Shown here in pieces: positions 60,704 to 64,000 of a stretch of DNA of 64,000 nucleotides (positions are counted from its first letter, which is position 1; each line of letters begins with the position of its first letter). Under the pieces are notes generated by a model. That model was not told the DNA's origin and did no database searches. It worked only from the letters and a program-made list of their open reading frames with translations. Source of the stretch: Macrostomum lignano (Eukaryota); the NCBI GenBank assembly GCA_002269645.1, contig NIVC01000487.1, forward strand, positions 314,893-378,892. Reading direction: 5' to 3'. A program made the position numbers and the translations under genes.

Positions 60704-61841
60704 TCAAAGGATCAAGCTGCTGATGGAGTGCTTTAGTCGGGGCTTCTCGTTTGACAGCTCAGTCAGCTGCTGGGGCTGCTGCTGAGGTTGGGGCTGGGGC
60801 TGGAGCAGCTGGTGCTGGTGCTGGTATTGGACCAGGTGCTGCTGATGAACCAGCAGCTGCTGCTGCTGCGATGGCAAAGCGCAGGGCTGATGCCGCATCT
60901 CCAGCTGGGACTTGCAAACGGTGACCGCGGCGGCTGGCAGGGCGATGCTCGGAGACTGCTGCTGGAGCTGCTCCATCAGTAGGCGCTGCGAGTCCTCCAG
61001 AGCGCGGCTGAGCGCCACAATGTAGTTCTTGGCCAGCATCAGGGTGGCGATCTTTGACAGCTTGCGGACTGATGGTCCGGTCTGCTGCGGCATCACCGAC
61101 CTGATTGTTGAAGGCGAGGAGAGTTCAGTTTGGATTGACATGCATTGTTTAAGCCAAAAACATGAGATAGACTTTAGATTTGGCCTTGTCAATAGACTCT
61201 GATGAAAAATCTATTGATCTACCAGTCTACCCGCCTATCAATCTACCAGTCTACCCATCTATCAATCTACCAGTCTACCCGCCTATCAATCTACCAGTCT
61301 ACCTATCTATCTATCTACCAGTCTACCTATCTATCTATCTACCAGTCTACCTATCTATCTATCTACCAGTCTACCTATCTATCAATCTACCAGTCTACCC
61401 GCCTAACAATCTACCAGTCTACCCATCTATCAATCTACCAGTCTACCCGCCTATCAATCTACCAGTCTACCCATCTATCAATCCACCAGTCTACAGCAAC
61501 AAAGACTCTCCACTTTATCCCCGAGCTTACCTGAGCCCGTCCATAGCCGCATTGAGGTCGTGCATTCGCTGCCTCTCTCGGCTGTTGATCTTCAGCCGCA
61601 GGTCCTGCAGCTCCGAGTCGCTCAGGCCGCGAGCAGCAGCGGCCAAGGCGCCGCCGCGCCGACGACGCCCGCCTGGAGCGACTCCTGCCGATTTCGTCGA
61701 CTGACTTCGCGTTCCAGTCGACTTTGCCGCCACACCGGCGGAGGCGGGCGGAGCCTCAGCTTCGCTGGTGTCTTCCATATCGCTAGGATGCAGAGAGGAC
61801 AGCTCAGCCCAGGCCGCCTGACCGCAAGCGCTGTTCGACAT
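60704..61841 (-). CDS. Olig: Olig-class bHLH transcription factor, ~235 aa
   Basis: Exon 61841-61531 (AG|gtaagc) plus exon 61100-60704 give [55 protein letters not shown]. This is closest to the OLIG2/3 bHLH as I recall it. Confidence 0.92.
61215..61495. repeat. 24-bp intronic minisatellite, ~11 copies
   Basis: Unit TCTACCAGTCTACCCATCTATCAA. Confidence 0.9.
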
Positions 61842-62385
61842 TGTTGCGTAGATGAGTCTGGCTCTTAGGACTTGAAAAGATCGAACTGGGATAGCGAAGG
61901 CTCAAGCTGGTGAATTTTGACTCTGTGAGCGAACTCGGATGGCGGGCTTGCCGGGCCTCAGCGGGCCCCGTTATTATAACCGTTCTGCGGGTGGGTGGGG
62001 AAGGCCTGAGGCGGTCGGGGGGTTGGGAGGGCTGCCGCCTCTGCTCAGCCAATAGCAGATTGAATACCGAATTTTGTTCCCGGCGCTCGGAGCGTGCTCA
62101 TGTGAAGCTGGATTTCCTTTTACTCGAACCTGCTTCTAGCAATTCTGGCTAAGCTTGTTTGAGTCGCGCGTGCTCAATCTGAGATGATGAAGGACCAGTG
62201 TCCATTTGTTTAGCATTGCGCAAGATCTGTTTTTAACTTAGTCATTTTGTATTTATTAATATATTTATGTCATTATTATGAAAGTATTTTAATCTCAACA
62301 AAGCCGACCACCAGACTGAGAGTGCTTTAGAAGGAGTGACAGAGGCCAGGTGTGCGAGTTAGGAGTGCCCACTGGAAGTTCCTGA

Positions 62386-62685
62386 GGGGGGGGCATCACA
62401 AACCCGAAATATCGCAAATCCGAAATATCACAAACCCGAAATATCACACACCCGAAGTATCACAAACCCGAAATATCACACACCCAAAGTATCACAAACC
62501 CGAAATATCATAACTCTGAAATATCACAATCCCGAAATATTACAAACCCGAAACATCATAACTCCGAAATATCCTAGTGCTAGCAACGCCCAATGTTTTT
62601 TTTGGTTTTTAGAATTATGGCATTTGGGGTTAATGATAGGAACTGCTTACGGAGTTGTGATTTTTTGGGTTTATGATGGCGACCC
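62386..62685. mobile_element. MITE-like element, copy 2
   Basis: Same ends as copy 1 (GGGGGGGGCATCACAAACCCGAAA ... GGGTTTATGATGGCGACCC). 8-bp TSD GTTCCTGA (62378-62385) / GTTACTGA (62686-62693). Confidence 0.8.
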
Positions 62686-63314
62686 GTTACTGAGTGACTG
62701 AGTGGAGTGACAGAGGTTAGATGCCTGAGTTATAAGTGTCCACTGGGAGTTTCAGAGTGACTGAGAGTGCTAGAAGGAGTGACAGAGTAGTGACAAAATG
62801 AAAGAACTGATTCAGCCACCGTTTAGAAAGCATTGAAATCTGTTATTTTTTATCAGTTGTGAATCTCGCACAGTGCAGACTTTCGACTTGCTCAACCTTT
62901 TGCCTCATCATTGAGTAATCTGGAGGCTGAATGAGTCCACAAAACAAAGTTGCGAAACTGCACAGATCCCCTTCTGCATGCTTCATCTTCGTTATCCCAT
63001 GCTCACCTGCTGTCATTTGGATTCACAAGTCTGGGAACTCAGTTTAGAACAGACTGCAGACAGGCGGACCGTTTGACTGTTGGGACACATATAATATATA
63101 TAATATAAATCATATATGGCAAAACCTAAACTCCATCGCTGATTCTGGAAACTGATAATGGGGACTTCCCTCCATCATATTTGAGCCCCACCCCTAACTC
63201 ACTCGTCTTAGCAGTATGCAACATGTGCCCGGGATGACAGAGCAGAGGTGAGAGGTGAGCCATGCAGCCTAGCTATACATGACCTGGTTTGGATAAAAAT
63301 TGAGCTAAGTATAA

Positions 63315-63850
63315 CTATAGAAACTTCACAAACTATAGAAACTTCACAAACTACAGAAATTTCACAAACTACAGAAACTTCACAAACTACAGAAACTTCA
63401 CAAACTACAGAAACTTCACAAACTACAGAAGCTTCACAAACTATAGAAACTTCACAAACTATAGAAACTTCACAAACTATAGAAACTTCACAAACTATAG
63501 AAACTTCACAAACTACAGAAACTTCACAAACTACAGAAACTTCACAAACTACAGAAACTTCACAAACTTCAGAAACTTCACAAACTTCAGAAACTTCACA
63601 AACTACAGAAACTTCACAAACTACAGAAACTTCACAAACTACAGAAACTTCACAAACTACAGAAGCTTCACAAACTATAGAAGCTTCACAAACTATAGAA
63701 ACTTCACAAACTATAGAAACTTCACAAACTATAGAAACTTCACAAACTATAGAAACTTCACAAACTACAGAAACTTCACAAACTACAGAAACTTCACAAA
63801 CTTCAGAAACTTCACAAACTACAGAAACTTCACAAACTTCAGAAACTAGA
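63315..63850. repeat. 18-bp minisatellite, ~29 copies
   Basis: Unit AGAAACTTCACAAACTAY. Confidence 0.95.
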
Positions 63851-64000
63851 AGAAGCGGGCCAGATGACCCTTCAAAAGCTAGCGATAACTTATGCTGGCC
63901 TCTTTTGTTGGATTCATCGCCGTCTGTCGGGCTCGAAAATTCTTTAAAAACTTTCTCGCTTTACCTGCCAGACTGGCTGGATGCGTGCAGTTCCCGTTCA

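Noticed and set aside
61180-61704. 174-aa plus-strand ORF (LPVYPSIN repeats)
   Set aside because: 24-bp intronic repeat plus the antisense strand of Olig exon 1.

Overview
This is intron-rich, minisatellite-rich animal genomic DNA, with no prokaryotic genes or CRISPR arrays. It looks like a free-living flatworm such as Macrostomum, but that is an inference from poly-Q/poly-A coding style, intron-filling minisatellites and the miR-96 variant. All gene models were assembled by hand from splice sites and reading-frame phase and lack transcript support. (1) A ~37-kb minus-strand locus (2075-38888) begins with an Sp17/RIIa-type domain and contains about 13 IQ-like calmodulin-binding motifs in phase-compatible exons. 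It has two further candidate start exons (20750 and 11648) and two candidate terminal exons, so it is either one multi-promoter gene or two to three adjacent genes. (2) A candidate antisense gene nested in an intron of that locus (25896-33287, +) encodes a signal-peptide precursor built from tandemly duplicated phase-1 exons in a 636-bp repeat. (3) A divergent orphan ORF lies at 41805-42479. (4) A CD164/porimin-like sialomucin lies at 45116-46389 (-). (5) A miR-96-family hairpin lies at 53246-53327 (+). (6) A secreted Cys-rich plus F-type-lectin-like protein lies at 58252-60329 (+). (7) An Olig-class bHLH gene lies at 60704-61841 (-). Mobile DNA comprises two RTE-like LINE fragments, two copies of a MITE with 8-bp TSDs, a tRNA-derived SINE and a foldback-like element. 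Most long ORFs in the supplied track are artefacts of stop-free tandem repeats.
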